A DNA stretch of 64,000 bases from the NCBI RefSeq assembly GCF_047971895.1, contig NZ_JBKEAF010000001.1:10495-74494 (forward strand). Reading direction: 5' to 3'. The notes below the pieces were generated by a model. It was given only the letters and a program-made list of their open reading frames with translations, ran no database searches and was not told the origin of the DNA. The position numbers and the translations under genes are program-made. Below are positions 58,830-64,000 of this stretch, piece after piece. How positions within the stretch are numbered: position 1 is the first letter of the stretch; the number at the start of each line of letters is the position of its first letter. The stretch comes from Microbacterium sp. (GTDB lineage Bacteria > Actinomycetota > Actinomycetes > Actinomycetales > Microbacteriaceae).

Positions 58830-60010
58830 GCGTGGTCGAGGGAGGCGGAGGGCCCGGGGTCACCACACCGCGGGGCTTCGAGGCCGCCGGGGTCGCTGCG
58901 GGGCTCAAGTCGACGGGCCGTGCCGATATCGCCGTCGTCGTCAACCGCGGGCCGCTCAAGGTCGGCGCGGCGGTCTTCACGGGCAACCGCGCGAAGGCGA
59001 ACCCGATCCTGTGGTCGCAGCAGGCGATCGAGGACGGCGTCGTCGAGGCGATCGTGCTCAACTCGGGCGGCGCCAACTGTTTCACCGGTGCATTCGGTTT
59101 CCAGACCACGCACCACACGGCCGAGAAGGCGGCTGAGCTGCTCGGCGTGAGTTCCGGTGACGTGCTCGTGTGCTCGACGGGGCTCATCGGCACGGGCGAC
59201 GAGGTGTTCCGCGCCAAGGTGCTCGACGGCACCGAGCGGGCGATCGCGCAGCTCTCGGACCAGGGCGGGCCCGCCGCGGCCGAGGCCATCATGACGACGG
59301 ACAGCGTCGCGAAGACGAGCGCGTGCCACCGGGACGGCTGGCAGATCGGCGCGATGGCGAAGGGTGCAGGGATGCTGGCCCCGGGCCTTGCCACGATGCT
59401 CGTGGTGATCACGACCGACGCGGTGCTGACCGCTCAGCAGGCCGACGCGCACCTGCGCGCCGCGACCCGTGTGAGCTTCGATCGGCTCGACTCCGATGGC
59501 TGCATGTCGACGAACGACCAGGTCACCCTCATGGTCAGCGGAGCGAGCGGCGTCGCCCCCGACGCCGACGCGTTCCGGTCCGCGCTCATCGACGTGTGCA
59601 CCGACCTCGCTGTGAAACTGCAGGCCGACGCCGAGGGCGCCAGCCACTCGATCGACGTCCAGGTGATTCGCGCAGACACCGAGGACGACGCCGTCGAGGT
59701 CGGGCGCGCCGTCGCCCGCAACAACCTCTTCAAGGCTGCGATCTTCGGCAACGACCCCAATTGGGGCCGCGTGCTCGCAGCGATCGGCACGACCTCGGCG
59801 CGGTTCGACCCCTACGCGGTCGACGTCGAGATGAACGGGGTGCGCGTCTGCTCGGACGGCGGCCCCGACCGGCCGCGCGAGGAGGTCGACCTCTCTCCGG
59901 CGCAGACGCATGTGCTGATCGATCTCAAGGTGGGCGAGGCATCCGCGATCATCTATACCAACGACCTCACCCACGACTACGTCCACGAGAACAGCGCCTA
60001 CGCCTCATGA
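58826..60010 (+). CDS. argJ: Bifunctional ornithine acetyltransferase/N-acetylglutamate synthase
   Basis: The motifs [32 protein letters not shown] (autoprocessing site) and NSAYAS are ArgJ signatures. Confidence 0.94.
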   Translation: MSVVEGGGGPGVTTPRGFEAAGVAAGLKSTGRADIAVVVNRGPLKVGAAVFTGNRAKANPILWSQQAIEDGVVEAIVLNSGGANCFTGAFGFQTTHHTAEKAAELLGVSSGDVLVCSTGLIGTGDEVFRAKVLDGTERAIAQLSDQGGPAAAEAIMTTDSVAKTSACHRDGWQIGAMAKGAGMLAPGLATMLVVITTDAVLTAQQADAHLRAATRVSFDRLDSDGCMSTNDQVTLMVSGASGVAPDADAFRSALIDVCTDLAVKLQADAEGASHSIDVQVIRADTEDDAVEVGRAVARNNLFKAAIFGNDPNWGRVLAAIGTTSARFDPYAVDVEMNGVRVCSDGGPDRPREEVDLSPAQTHVLIDLKVGEASAIIYTNDLTHDYVHENSAYAS

Positions 60011-60908
60011 CCGAGATCGACCTGCAGGACACCGACCCCGCGGAGGCCTCCGTCAAGGCGGAGACCCTGATCGAGTCGCTGCCGTGGCTGCGGCGCTTCC
60101 GCGACCAGATCGTCGTGGTCAAGTACGGCGGCAACGCGATGGTCAGCGACGAGCTGCAGGACGCCTTCGCTGCCGACATCGCCTACCTGCGCTACGCCGG
60201 CGTCAAACCCGTCGTCGTGCACGGCGGGGGGCCGCAGATCTCCACGATGCTCGACAGGCTCTCCATCCCCAGCGAGTTCAAGGGCGGCTACCGCGTGACC
60301 AGCACCGAAGCGATCTCGGTCGTGCGCATGGTGCTGACCGGGCAGGTCAACCCGCAGCTGGTCACCAAGATCAACACGCACGGTCCGCTGGCCACGGGGC
60401 TGTCCGGCGAGGATGCGGGGCTCTTCGGCGGTCGCCGCCGCGAGGTCGTCGTCGACGGCACCCCGCACGACCTGGGCCGGGTCGGCGACGTCGTGCAGGT
60501 CGACCCGCGGGCCGTGCTCGATCACGTCTCGGCAGGCCGCATCCCGGTCGTCTCCAGCATCGCGCCCGACCTCGATCACCCCGGGCATACGCTCAACGTC
60601 AACGCCGACGCCGCCGCCGCGGCGCTCGCGGTGGCGCTGAAGGCCGTCAAGCTCGTGATCCTCACCGACGTCCCCGGGCTGTACGCGAACTGGCCCAACC
60701 GCGACTCCCTCGTCTCTCACCTCACCTCCACCGAGCTGCGTGCGATGCTGCCGCGACTCGAGTCGGGCATGATCCCCAAGATGCGGGCATGCCTCGACGC
60801 GGTGGACGGCGGCGTCGAGACCGCCGCGATCATCGACGGGCGTGTGCCGCACTCGGTGCTCGTGGAGATCTTCACCCAGAAGGGAATCGGAACCGAGGTG
60901 GTCTCACA

Positions 60909-60912
<4 letters not shown>
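60007..60912 (+). CDS. argB: Acetylglutamate kinase
   Basis: The motifs [18 protein letters not shown] and NVNADAAA are ArgB signatures. Confidence 0.94.

Positions 60913-64000
<3,088 letters not shown>

Overview
This is a high-GC actinobacterial chromosome segment. The protein sequences look Microbacteriaceae-like, but that is inference only. About 60 CDS are present, almost all on the + strand. The gene order follows the conserved actinobacterial core known from Mycobacterium and Streptomyces: rpsO ... pnp, dapB, thyA-folA, dapA-rnj, ftsK, pgsA, cinA-like, clgR-like, recA-recX, miaB, miaA, dapF, hflX, lexA. It is followed by hisC-hisB-hisH-priA, infC-rpmI-rplT, gluABCD, pheST and argCJBDF. 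I found no rRNA, tRNA, CRISPR array, transposase or integrase.

The main anomaly is a visibly lower-GC block of about 7.1 kb (about 14.7-21.84 kb) between the dapB neighbourhood and thyA. It carries a 1245-aa wall-anchored multidomain surface protein. It also carries a translationally coupled three-gene exported module: a beta-helix lipoprotein, a second unknown lipoprotein, and a Tat-signal A-type DyP peroxidase. The usual EfeU/EfeO partners are absent. This module is my best candidate for an undescribed system.

A second accessory block (4.0-8.9 kb) separates rpsO from pnp. It contains a C-rich/G4-prone tandem repeat, a palindromic repeat family, other short repeats, and an LLM monooxygenase whose FMN-reductase partner is truncated.

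Other points are a dual recA promoter architecture (SOS box plus a RecA-NDp-like motif), a non-ATG infC start, and several gene remnants. Many very long antisense ORFs in the track are high-GC artefacts. All homology statements come from reading the translations by eye; no database search was run.
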